Below, piece by piece: positions 45,776-57,300 of a stretch of 59,148 nucleotides of DNA (within the stretch, counting starts at the first letter, position 1; each line of letters begins with the position of its first letter). The DNA comes from Macrostomum lignano (taxonomy: Eukaryota). Where the stretch lies: NCBI GenBank assembly GCA_002269645.1, contig NIVC01004123.1, positions 1 through 59,148 of the forward strand, in the 5' to 3' direction. The notes under the pieces were generated by a model. That model did no database searches. It was not told the DNA's origin and saw nothing but the letters and a program-made list of their open reading frames with translations. The position numbers and the translations under genes were made by a program.

Positions 45776-45811
<36 letters not shown>

Positions 45812-45909
45812 TTTAGTTAGTTGGTCAGTTAGTTAGTTAGTTAGTTAGTTAGTTATTTAGTTAGTTGGTCAGTTAGTTAGTTAGTTAGTAGTTAGTTTGT
45901 TAGTTGGTC

Positions 45910-45974
<65 letters not shown>

Positions 45975-46065
45975 GTTTGTTTGTTTGTTAGTTACGAGTA
46001 GTTAGTTATTTATTTATTTAGTTAGTTGGTCAGTTAGTTAGTTAGTAGTTAGTTTGTTAGTTAGT
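45527..46065. repeat. (TTAG)n microsatellite
   Basis: Direct reading. Confidence 0.95.
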
Positions 46066-46395
46066 TCGTCAGACTCCCCAGTATAACAAAGCCATTCCAG
46101 AGTCACGCTATGGTCCGACCAGCCCAAACCGGACCAGGAGACAGCACTTTACTCACCTTGTTAAGCTTCAGCTTGAGTCAGCAGTCCGACAAGTTCGAAT
46201 TGTGCGCGAACGGCAGTGCTTTTAATCTTGATAAGTTGGCGCAAACACAGATAAGAGCTTCGTTTGTATGGACTTGATCGAACACAAATATTGAACTACT
46301 AACAGTAGGCTATATAGTTTATGTATTATATCTTCGCAGAGAAGTCCAATATCTTTGAGTCTCTTAATTACGCTTTTTATTTAATATAGCTCTTA

Positions 46396-47714
46396 CGAGG
46401 GGTGATCAAAAAGTTCTGCAACCTTTTGTTATAGCTTTTAGTTATAGAATCGGCAAAAGCCAAAAACTTACACATATGCAGCTGTATCTGTTTGCTATAT
46501 TTATATGCATTTTTGGCTTCCAAATGTGCTCCAGTAAAATTTCACAGCCATATATTTTCCATGTGTTTTCAGTAGCTGATGGAAACATCAAAAGACAGTG
46601 TTCGCTTCTATATCTTGATGTGCATACAACTTGGTTGCAAAGTGACTGAGATTCACACCGATCTGGTGAATTTTTTTGCTGACTCTGCTCCATCATTTGA
46701 CATGGTTGCCCGCTGGCTGCGCCATTTCTTGGAAGGCTGGGACAGCTTCAACGATGAACCGAGGTCTGGCTGACCCCGGACATCCGTGACCGAAGATGTC
46801 GTGGCCCATGCCGATGCAATAATTCGTGAGGATTGGAGCATTATGCTAAGATTCATTGCCTATGAGCTTGGTGTCAGCTGTGGAAGTGCTCATAACATCA
46901 TGCATGAGCAACTAGGCCGCACAAAGACCTGCGCTCGGTGGGTACCCCATCTTCTCACTCCGGAGCAGCAAGCAGAGAGGGTGCGCATCTGTCGCTTGTG
47001 GCTGCAAATTTTTGAGCCCCACGGCCCACGACGACTGTCGGATGTCATCACAGGAGACGAATGTTGGATCTCCTTCTTTTACCATGAAGGATAAGCAGTC
47101 CAACATGGTCTGGCTGGCAGAAGATGAGCCAAGGCCTGAGGTGCTGAAGACCGGATTCCGCAGTCGGAAGCGGATGTTCACCATTTTTTTCAACTCTCAG
47201 GGTGTTGTATCGGTGAAAATCCTTCCAGCGGGTGCCACAGTGACTGCCAGGTACTACACAGACACTGTTCTGCCAGGCGTGCTGCAGGAGCGGCAGGAAC
47301 GTGCGCGAACCAGGCATGGACCTCGACTCCTGCTGCACCATGACAATGTGGCACCGCACAGAGCGGCATCAACCATGGCGTACCTGGAGCAGCAGGGGGT
47401 CCGGCTGCTGCCCCATCCACCCTACTCTCTAGACCTAGCACCTTGCGACTTTTGGCTGTTCCCGAGGATCAAATCCGTCATTTCTGGGAGGCCGTTTTCA
47501 CGCATGCAAGACCTTGCCCAAGCGGTACATCCAGCTCTACAGGGCATACCAACTTCGGAGTACCAGGACTGCTTTCAGACATGGTGCACACGGATGCGAC
47601 GGTGCATAGATAGTGGTGGAAAGTACTTTTAGGGAATGTGACACTGATTAGACGCCTCGGCTGCTGTAGCACAGAGTTGTGAGGTCACTTGCAGAACTTT
47701 TTGATCACCCCTCG
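46396..47714 (+). mobile_element. Full-length mariner transposon (1319 bp, DD34D), probably irritans/Hsmar2-like subfamily
   Basis: 26-bp TIRs CGAGGGGTGATCAAAAAGTTCTGCAA at both ends, flanked by TA duplications (46394-46395, 47715-47716). Confidence 0.95.
46579..47632 (+). pseudogene. Inactivated mariner transposase
   Basis: WVPHLLT, TGDECW, HHDNVAPH, YSLDLAPCDF motifs; premature TGA at 46771-46773; +1 frameshift in the T run at 47077-47080. Confidence 0.93.
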
Positions 47715-48345
47715 TATTATCTATTCAATAAAATTGGACACCCGTCATGCAGGCGCGCTTGACAAGTTCTTCATTGTCCAGTCTGAATGCAAATTGTCAC
47801 GCTGCATGAGGCAGCGCTTATTAAATTGCATGTATTGTGTGCGACAACTGGATAATTAGTTGAAAGTTGTCGAGCACAGGTATAATTGCACACGGCCTTC
47901 TCAAAGCTTAGTTGAAATCTTCACCAACTGATATCTGCAAGCATCTGACCGCGCAATAAAAGCAAGCATTTGGCTATTTTTATGTTTTTATTGAAATACA
48001 TGTAGTATTGTCATACAGTAGATGAAAATGAAAATGAAAATGAAATACATTTATAACTCAAATATCCCGTTTCGCAGCGATGATTTTTCTATCTTGGAGT
48101 GGCGCCTTTTGATACAAAGGGGTGCCATTTCAGTCGGAGGGTGCCATTTCAGTCACATATCAGTTTCAGTCACCATTTCAGTCACCCTCCGCGAGGTGCA
48201 AAAGCGATCCGTCCCGCTCGAAAAGTCAAATCTATAAGTATAGAAGCATTGCCCAGCCTAATTGCTCAATGCTTAATTACAGAGTAGGCGCTTATTTCCG
48301 TTTTGCACGTACACTTCCGTGTACACTCAGAACCTCCGGCATTCG

Positions 48346-48660
48346 GAGGTTGTTGTACGAGTAGCTTAGTGGTCAGAGCGTCCGACGACTCCCGATTGAA
48401 AGGTTTGAGGTTCGATTCTTGAGCCACTCGGAACGATTTTGTCCTTGAACAAGACTCTTGAGTCTGCATTGCTTTAGTTTACCCAGCTGTAAAATGGGTG
48501 CCAGCATTAGCTGGGGTAATTGAGGGTGTGTGGTGACCCCCAGTCCTTGGACTGCAGCTTGGTACGCAGCTTTCAGATACACCACGCACTAGCTGCGGCT
48601 GAGCTGTCGGTTGCACATCTGGCCATTAGGGCAGGTGTAGTCAACTATTCTCATTATTAA
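48346..48660 (+). mobile_element. tRNA-derived SINE with CORE-like domain
   Basis: A box TAGCTTAGTGGTCAGAGCG, B box GGTTCGATTCT, GTCCTTGAACAAGAC..CCCAGCTGTAAAATGGG, ATT-rich tail; same family as 54157 and 9653. Confidence 0.85.
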
Positions 48661-48940
48661 TATAACACTCGATTGGTACGAGCGTATTGTTAACAAAAGT
48701 ACGCGCGGTTATATCTTCATAGGAAAAACTGGGTCCATATTCGCAATACGGAAATGATCACACTGCAGACTCGGAACTGGGAGCCGCGGTACCATGGAAA
48801 ATGTATAAAAAAAACGTTTTGTCTTTGACACCGCGATCGGCGCGAACTGTGCATGTCAGCATGGTGCTCCGCCGCAGCAGATATATCGCAAGACGATAAG
48901 ATCCGAATCAGCTATCGCAAAAGACGTGATAACCTCTTTT

Positions 48941-49853
48941 AGGCAGTTAGGTACGTAATTCAATACGTACCTAACTGCCTCCACCAGGACTTTCTCACTC
49001 AGAGACAGCCCCCCACACCCGAGACCTTGACCGAATCGCTCATTCTCAGCTCTACTAGAGTGCACTAAGAAGTTGCTCACGTAACCCGATCTAGCTTCGC
49101 AAAGACAAAACAATTTGATGCCATGTCGCGCTTTCTTGGAGGGAATATATTGACGAAACATGACGCGACCCCTGAACAGAACAAGCTCTTCGTCGACACT
49201 AATTTCTTTTTCTGGCATGTACACACTGCGATATATCTCAGCTACACGCGTAATAAATGGTCTTGCCTTTGCTAGCGGGTCGTTTTCATCAAAGTTGTTG
49301 CAGGCATAGAAGCGCTGCTGGCTACTGATCTGTTGGTACCTGTCCCTTGTCAGGCAAGCCAGTTGTTGGAAGAAAGGTGCATGTTGCGTAGAAATCATCT
49401 TTGCTCCAATAGTTGGCGATCTCGGGCTTTTTAACTATTCCCATGTAAAGCGACATGGCGACAAACTTCTTCATCTCGTCCACGGTCACGTCTTTCTACG
49501 CAGAGAACCTTTGAGGCAGGTTTGGCATCGGGATTGGTCCAAGCGCAGAGCTGTTGCAGTAGGTCAGCAGTCAGAAACAGCTTGAAAAACGCAGCTGGAT
49601 TGTCATCGGCAGTCTCTGGCAAGTCAGGATCCACACCAGGCATTCCCAAGAATTCGGGCTCTGCATCTGGCCATTGATCCTGCCCAGCTTCCCGTGCCAC
49701 CCAAGCATCATTTGGCAAGCCTCCGGCGTCTTCATTTGGCTGGAGATGCAGGTCCTCCTCTTCTTCATCTTCACCCTCATCCGCTGTTAGCCAGCCTTCC
49801 TCCTCCTCTAGTTCGGAGTCGGTATCCGGATCAAAATGCACTTGAGCAGCCAT
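48941..49853 (-). pseudogene. piggyBac-like (PGBD/DDE_Tnp_1_7) transposase relic, 3'-truncated
   Basis: Acidic N-terminus, FFKLFLT, KDVTVDEMKKFVAMSLYMGIVKKP, ISVDEELVLFRGR..FRQYIPSKKARHGIKLFCLCE. TAG at 49496-49498, at least two frameshifts; homology stops after VEAVRY; TTAA ends not found. Confidence 0.85.
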
Positions 49854-50671
49854 GACAAACACTGTCCGATACTTGGAAATTATTGCACTAAATAAAGCTG
49901 CTGATCGATGATTCAATTAACTAATTGGCACTTGAATTTTATCGTGTAGCTTCAAGCTTTCTTGATTTGATGAATCCCACAATTTTGCTGTGTCATTTAT
50001 ACCCACCCACCCGTCTATCCACCCCACCCCACTTTGTTTTTTGCTTTCATGTTTATCTTTTATTGCTACAAGTATAAGCTAATCCGCAAGCTACGTTGGT
50101 GAATAGAATCCCAACCAAGCACCAAATCCCAATCATTTGAATTCTTGCTCTTATGGTCTGATATCTATAACAATATCAGCACGATTATTATTGACACTTG
50201 TTGTAAGCTCAAGCCACGAGTGAAGCAGATGCAAATTGACAGCCCATTGTTCGTAGCTTCTTTTCTCGCGCAGAGGCTTGTCCCCAGCAGCCCAGTGGGA
50301 CAGCTCCATCGCCCGGGGCAACGCGGAATGTCTGGCTAGAACTTTTCCGTCAATATGTGGTTGTAGGCTGTTTCCTACAGGCAGCTCCGAGAGTGGTAAC
50401 AGAAATTCAAAGGCTTTCTGGAAAGGAAAGCACTTCGTAGAACACACTGAGCGTTTTTGGGAGTGGTTGAGAGCCAATGGGCTTAGTGAGCTGTGTGGTT
50501 AGTAGAGTGCAGGAGTCTGTACATTGAGTAGCTCTAGCACCTGCAGATGACTTTCCCTTCTCCATTGGCTGGGCCATGCTTTTAGTCCATATTTTGTGCG
50601 CTTCTGAAGCCAAACTATGGTAAAACAGGCTCGCTTTTTGTTGCACTTTCAGATCCGACCCAAGCAGAGCC

Positions 50672-51007
50672 ATGAAAGCCAAAGCAAAGCCGGACAAATT
50701 GGCCAGCAAGTCGAAGCAGCAAAACGACGGAAAGGCGAGGCAGCAAAAATCAAAGCAGCCATCGAAGGAGGCCGTGATCAGGTCGAGGTCGGAGCAGCTG
50801 CAGCAACAGCAACAGCAGGAGCAGCAGACTTCGCAGCCTCAGGAGACGCCTCCGGAGCAGCAGCAAGCCAGTAAGCTGAGCGGCTACACCAAAGTTCATC
50901 AGGCGATTGACGCGACCCACACTGTGGCGCAGGCGCTGAGTCTGCTTGGCCTGCGGGAGGCGCCAAAACCCAAGCTGCCAAGGAGGCAGGGAAGGAGGAA
51001 AAAGTAA
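50672..51007 (+). CDS. Small Lys/Gln-rich orphan protein (111 aa), possibly a terminal exon
   Basis: GC-rich ORF with host-like codon use, GCCATG context, TTTCAG acceptor at 50652, basic C-terminus PKLPRRQGRRKK; convergent with the cyclase 3' end. No homology recognised. Confidence 0.5.
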   Translation: MKAKAKPDKLASKSKQQNDGKARQQKSKQPSKEAVIRSRSEQLQQQQQQEQQTSQPQETPPEQQQASKLSGYTKVHQAIDATHTVAQALSLLGLREAPKPKLPRRQGRRKK

Positions 51008-51362
51008 CGACGCGCAGCGTACGAAGTGTCCTGACGACGTACAATTATCATTTTTGTGTTTAACATTTCTTTAAACTCTCTTTAGACTCTTTTGTATGGA
51101 ATTGTATCCGTGTTTCACGGAGCTCCACGGTGTTTTTATTGTCGTGAGAAGCGTTCAAACAGATATAAATATTTCTGGCAAAAATTTAAATTAGGAAAGG
51201 AAACGCGTGAAAAACACTTTGCATTACGACTCGTCAGCCTGTCGAGTTATCCAATCGAATGCTTAAGCTTTTTCACGCACTGAAGGTGTTTATGATAAAA
51301 ACGCTTTGATTAGTTCGTATTAAGTACGCTCGTAACTATTCGTCCGTGATGTGATCTTATTG

Positions 51363-54300
51363 TCACGCCCTCAGATCCGCTTTCTTTCCATTGTCCTTTT
51401 TCAAGTCGTAGGCGGTGATAACATCCGGCATGGCTTTCTGTACGTACATCATCGGGTCGCGAGGTCCGTCGAGCAGGAAGTGTGTTGTGAGGTGACCAAC
51501 GCCCTTAACAGTGATGGAGCCCCTGGTCTCAAAGCTGTAGCCTCTCTGTTCCAGGCCTTCCCGCACGGTTCCCGTCACCTGTATGCGATCTTGAAGTCCG
51601 CTGCTCTCCATTCTTGAAGCGATGTTGACCGTGTCGCCCCAGATGTCGTACTGGGGCTTGCGCGTGGCGATCACTCCGGCGATTACCACGCCGTGGTTCA
51701 CTCCTGGGTTGTAAAGTGCTTAAATTTAAAGTAGAACTTGAACATACGCAGATGCGTTACTTCTCAGTCGCAATAATTTTTACACTCGGTGGAGCAACTA
51801 ACATCCTGATGTTCTTGGCATTCGACAGCTGAACAATCGCAGACAGTTTTAAGTATCTCTACATCACCACGAGAACTAAAAGTTTAGTCTATCACTTCAA
51901 TCAATTTATATGGTTTTAATGCGAAAGGTGTGTGCGATTTTCGCTAAATTACTTAAGCAGGGAAGGCACAGTTTCAATTACTTTTAAGTGTGACAACATC
52001 CCATACTCTATAAAATGTATTCATTTCAGGAAAATCTGAACAAATGACACAATACCAAACAGACACAATTGACACAGTAGCAAACAGACACAACTGACAC
52101 ATTACTAAACAGACACAACTGACACAATACCAAACAGACACAACTGACACAATACCAAACAGACACAACTGACAAAATAGCAAACAGACACAACTGACAC
52201 AATACCAAACAGACACAACTGACACAATACCAAACAGACACAACTGACACAATACCAAACAGACACAACTGACACAATACCAAACAGACACAACTGACAC
52301 AATACCAAACATACACAACTGACACAATACCAAACAGACACAACTGACACAATACGCTCGTAGCAAACAGACACAACTGACACAATACGCTCGTAGCAAA
52401 CAGACACAAGATACCAGAGACTAATCAGTGAAGTGGACTCACCGATGCGCATCTTGAACGAGGCGAACAGGTTGCGATTGTGAATGCAGATGAGACGCAG
52501 CAGGGCGAGAGCAAAATCCGCTGTGTCTTCCAGGTGGCGCTGCCGTTGTTTCCTGCGCAGCTCCTGGCCGTCGCCCGGGTGCCGCTGGGTGTCGGCAGAC
52601 AGGCCGGCAGCCGCCATGTAGGTGGAGCCGATAGTTTTAATTTTCTCCACGCAGCTGAACTGTCGTTGAAGATCGTCGAAATCTGAGATGATCTCGTTGA
52701 GCACTAGGCAGCAGGTCTGCTCATCGAATCTAGCCATGTCCATGTAGTACTCTGAGAAGTTGCAAATGGAAGCGAAGATCACGGTGGTCTCCCAGCAGTG
52801 CTCCGAGTAGATTTCCTGCGAGTTGAGAAAGTGCTCGGCCACGTGAGGCGGCAGGATGTTATTCACAAGCCGTTGATTTTTTCGCTTCATCTTCTCCGTG
52901 CTCTTGTTGGCCTCGTAGGCTTGAGATTTCCACATGAAGTCAAGCCGGACGGTGATCTCCACCAGGTGAGACTGGACCACCACGATGAGCAGAGCGGACA
53001 GGATTAACAGGTTGCAGTTGATCCACTGCAGAGGGAAATTATCCCGGTCAGCGCAGCAGTGCTTCTGCACCAAATCCACGCTGCGAAAGTCCGAATGAAA
53101 AGCGAAAAAGCTGGACAGAAGGTAGATGACGAACATGACCAGTCCGATGGCGGATTTCCACAGGAAACTGCTGTAGGTGAAGCAGGTCAGGCTGAGGATA
53201 GACAGCGAGGCCGAAAATGTTGTGTACTGGAAGTTGGGTTGGAAACGGTTTAGGGATGATTGCAATCGATAACTGGAAAATCTGTGCTGTTTGCCTATTT
53301 TGATATTGTTTCAGCTGTGTCAATTTAGTATTGAGTCTGTTTTTGTCTGTTTAGACTGTTGTGTGTATTTAGTATTGTGTCAGTTGTGTCTGTTTGGTAT
53401 TGTGTCAGTTGTGTCTGTTTGGTATTGTGTCTGTTTAGACTGTTGTGTGTATTTAGTATTGTGTCAGTTGTGTCTGTTTGCTATTGTGTCTGTTTGGTAG
53501 TGTGTCAGTTGTGTCTGTTTGGTATTGTGTCAGTTGTGTCTGTTTGGTATTGTGTCTGTTTGGTAGTGTGTCAGTTGTGTCTGTTTGGTATTGTGTCTGT
53601 TTGGTAGTGTGTCAGTTGTGTCTGTTTGGTATTGTGTCTGTTTGGTAGTGTGTCAGTTGTGTCTGTTTGGTATTGTGTCTGTTTGGTATTGTGTCAGTTG
53701 TGTATATTTGGTAGTGTCGAAGCATTGATTTGGTATTGAATGCGACTCGAACACAAATACTCTGAAAGCCACAGTCAGATACTCCAAATACTACTAACAG
53801 TAGCTTAAATGCGTGCAAACTTGTCTGGCAAATTTAAATTTCACACACAGAGCTGAACTCTCACCTCGGGCATCGCCAGCTCTGCTCGATGGCAGACTCC
53901 GTCTGTCAGTGCACTGCTGCTCAGGCAGTAGGAAGTCCAGTTGCTGTCGTGTTGGCTGTTGACGTGGTCCTCCAAGTCCAAGCAACCAGTTTGTGTGAAC
54001 TGTAAACGAATTCTTACGCGAAATATAAATTGCGCTTAACTTCAAAAATTCAAGGCTTGCATCAAGGTGAGCCATCTGTCGGCTATCTGTCGGTTAACAA
54101 ATTTATTCGCCAACGAAGTCGAGTTGAAAAAGAGGATTTGGTTGTCCAAATCTCAAGGGGTTGCAGCCTAGTGGTCAGAGCGTCGGACACGCGACTTGAA
54201 GGTTGAGGGTTCGATTCCCGATCCCACTGGAACAATTTAATGTTCAACCCAGCTGTAAAATGGGTGCCAGCATTAGCTGGGGTAATTGAGGGTGTGTGAC

Positions 54301-57300
54301 GACGACCCCCCCCCCAGTCCTTGGACTGAAAAGCCGTACGCATCGTTCAGATGCGCCGCGCAATAGCTGCGGCTGAGCTGTCGGTTGCACATCTGGCCCA
54401 ATTATTATTTATTATTATCCAAAGATGGCAAACTTTACAGATCAGGCTTGGAGCGGCTTGTAACTAATTTGCAGGCTGTCATTGCATGCAGTTAAGTAAA
54501 TATTACAAATAATTATTTCGCAAAACTGTGTTACCTTGGGAACCAAGATTGACACGAGATTAGCCACCATTCCGATCAGTATGGAGCCGTTGACAAAAAT
54601 TGACCAAATGTGTCCGCTCGCGATTTTCTGAAAAAAAAATAAAAATGTGTCAAAATGCTTACCTCTACTATGTAAGTAGACTAATGCGGATTTTAAATTC
54701 GCAACTCACCATTCGATCTGTTGTGAAGGCCACAGCGCAGGCGAACAGCGTGGTTAAGGTGACGAACGAGAACAGGTAAATTGGCACCATGGTCATCGAG
54801 CTGGAATGAGCGCGAGTTAATTGGTGAAAAGCATCTCATAAAACCAGCCTAAATGCTGGATTGTTTGCATTTGATTGGCATTGGGAAATGACAATAAGGG
54901 GAAAAAGGCTGAGTTGAGCTATCGACACTTCAGGATTCAAGTCGAGTGCTCTGCAAAGTTTGCAATAAGCACTTTATGAGTCTCATTTAGAAGAGAGAGC
55001 AGGGCTCGTAACAGTTGAAAAATTATGGTCAAGTGAGAGACTTGGAAACTTCTGCAGTCTGGCTGAAGTCTCATATCCTGGCTGTCTATGGGGATGATGA
55101 GCAGCTTTGATTAGCAGGTTGGTCCAAATTTGATGGCACTGTTGCCAAAACTAGAAATTCACTCGCTTTAACAGTTCAATATTAGTCCGCACCTCGAATC
55201 CACCGCCAGTCTGCATACCCTCAACCTGTCTACCAATCTGTGTCCCTATCTACCAATCTGTGTTCCTATCTACCAATCTGTGTTCCTATCTACCAATATG
55301 TGTCCCTATCTACCAATCTGTGTTCCTATCTACCAATCTGTGTTCCTATCTACCAATATGTGTCCCTATCTACCAATCTGTGTTCCTATCTACCAATCTG
55401 TGTTCCTATCTACCAATCTGTGTTCCTATCTACCAATATGTGTCCCTATCTACCAATCTGTGTTCCTATCTACCAATCTGTGTTCCTATCTACCAATCTG
55501 TGTTCCTATCTACCAATCTGTGTTCCTATCTACCAATCTGTGTTCCTATCTACCAATCTGTGTTCCTATCTACCAATCTGTGTTCCTATCTACCAATCTG
55601 TGTTCCTATCTACCAATCTGTGTTCCTATCTACCAATCTGTGTTCATATCTACCAATCTGTGTCCCTATCTACCAATTTGTCTCCTTATCTTCCTATCTG
55701 TTCTCTATATCTACCAATCTAGCTCCCTATCTACCAATTTGTCTTCCTGTCCCTACCTACCAATCTGTTCTCCCAATCTACCAATCTGTGTCCCTATCCA
55801 CCAATATGTCTTCCTACCAACCTATACCAATCTGCCTCCCTATCTAGTACACATTAATTCACAATCAATTATCTATCTCCAACTATACCCACACTGAACT
55901 TACCTACGCTGAGTCAGAATTTGAACGCAAAACGTGCCAGTGAGAAAGGCCAACAGAAGACAGCTGACTTCAATGGAGAAGTAGGGATCTCTCACGGTGC
56001 CGAACTGCAGATAGAGAGTTGCAGCGAAATGAACAAAATATATAAGGATGGTTAGGCTGTAACTATGAAGTTGACCCAGTTTATAATCCAAACTTTAACT
56101 CACACAGTGGGCAATAGTCTGACCTAGACTGTGACCTAGACTGTGACCTAGTCTGTCAACCAGCCTGTGACCCAGACTGTGACCCAGACTGAGACCCAGA
56201 CTGTGACCCAGATTACGAGTATGACCCAGACTGTGACTCAGACTGTGACCCAGACTGTGACCCGGACTGTGACCCAGACTGTGACCTAGTCTGTGACCTA
56301 GACTGTGACCCAGACTGAGACCCAGACTGTGACCCAGATTATGACCCAAACTGTGACCTAGTCTGTGACCTAGACTGTCAACCAGCCTGTGACCCAGCCT
56401 GTGACCCAGACTGAGACCCAGACTGTGACCCAGACTGTGACGTAGTCTGTCACCTAGACTGTGACGTAGTCTGTCACCTAGACTGTGACCTAGTCTGTGA
56501 CCTAGACTGTGACCCAGACTGAGACCCAGACTGTGACCCAGATTATGACCCAAACTGTGACCCAAACTGTGACCCAAACTGTGACCCAGACTATGGCTTT
56601 TATCAACAATAATCCTGATAAAAATATTCCCGACCTTCTTTTCCAGCCGGGGAAGCTTGAACCGCAGGTTGACGGGGTGGCAGTGCTCCTGGTACAAGCT
56701 GTCGATGGTATGAGACTGGATTGCCGAGCTCAACGCTTCGTTGATTACTGCATCATTGACGCTTCGAGTTCGGTTGCCGTGATCATCGACTCCCATTCTA
56801 GTGGCGATTGTTTAGAGTAGAGTAAAGTCGAGAAGAGTAGAATAGAATAGAGTAGAGTAGAGTAAAGTAGATAAGAGTAGAGTAGAATAGAGAAGAGTAG
56901 AGTAGACAAGAGTAGACTAGAGTAGAGTAGAGTAAAGTAGATAAGAATAGGGTAGAGTAGAGTAGAGTAGAGTAGAGAGTAGAGTAGACTAGACTAGACT
57001 AGACTAGACTAGAGTAGAGTAGAGTAGAGTAGAGTAGAGTAGAGTAGAGTAGACTAGACTAGACTAGACTAGACTAGACTAGACTAGACTAGACTAGACT
57101 AGAGTAAACTAAAGTAGAGTAGAGTAAGGAGTAGAGTAGAATAGACTAGACTAGAGTAGACTAGACTAGAGTAGAGTAGAGAAGAGTAGAGTAGAATAGA
57201 GCAGAGAAGAAACAAGCAGACTAGAGCAGAGAGTAGAATAGACAGTAGCAAAGCACCAATGAAGCCAGGTATGCAAAAGCAAAACTGACCCAGCCACCTT

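Noticed and set aside
53794-54075. 93-aa minus-strand ORF as the cyclase loop exon
   Set aside because: Wrong frame; the phase-0 exon 53999-53865 in another frame ([13 protein letters not shown]) fits both neighbours.
55193-55210. Possible 18-nt phase-2 microexon (RLAVDS) in the cyclase
   Set aside because: Flanking exons already join in phase and align to TM7-TM8 without it; weak splice signals.
56005-56093. Apparent extra TM segment upstream of the cyclase TM7 exon
   Set aside because: Would need a frameshift and a poor acceptor; the CTCTCTATCTGCAG acceptor at 56005 gives the expected [12 protein letters not shown] alignment.
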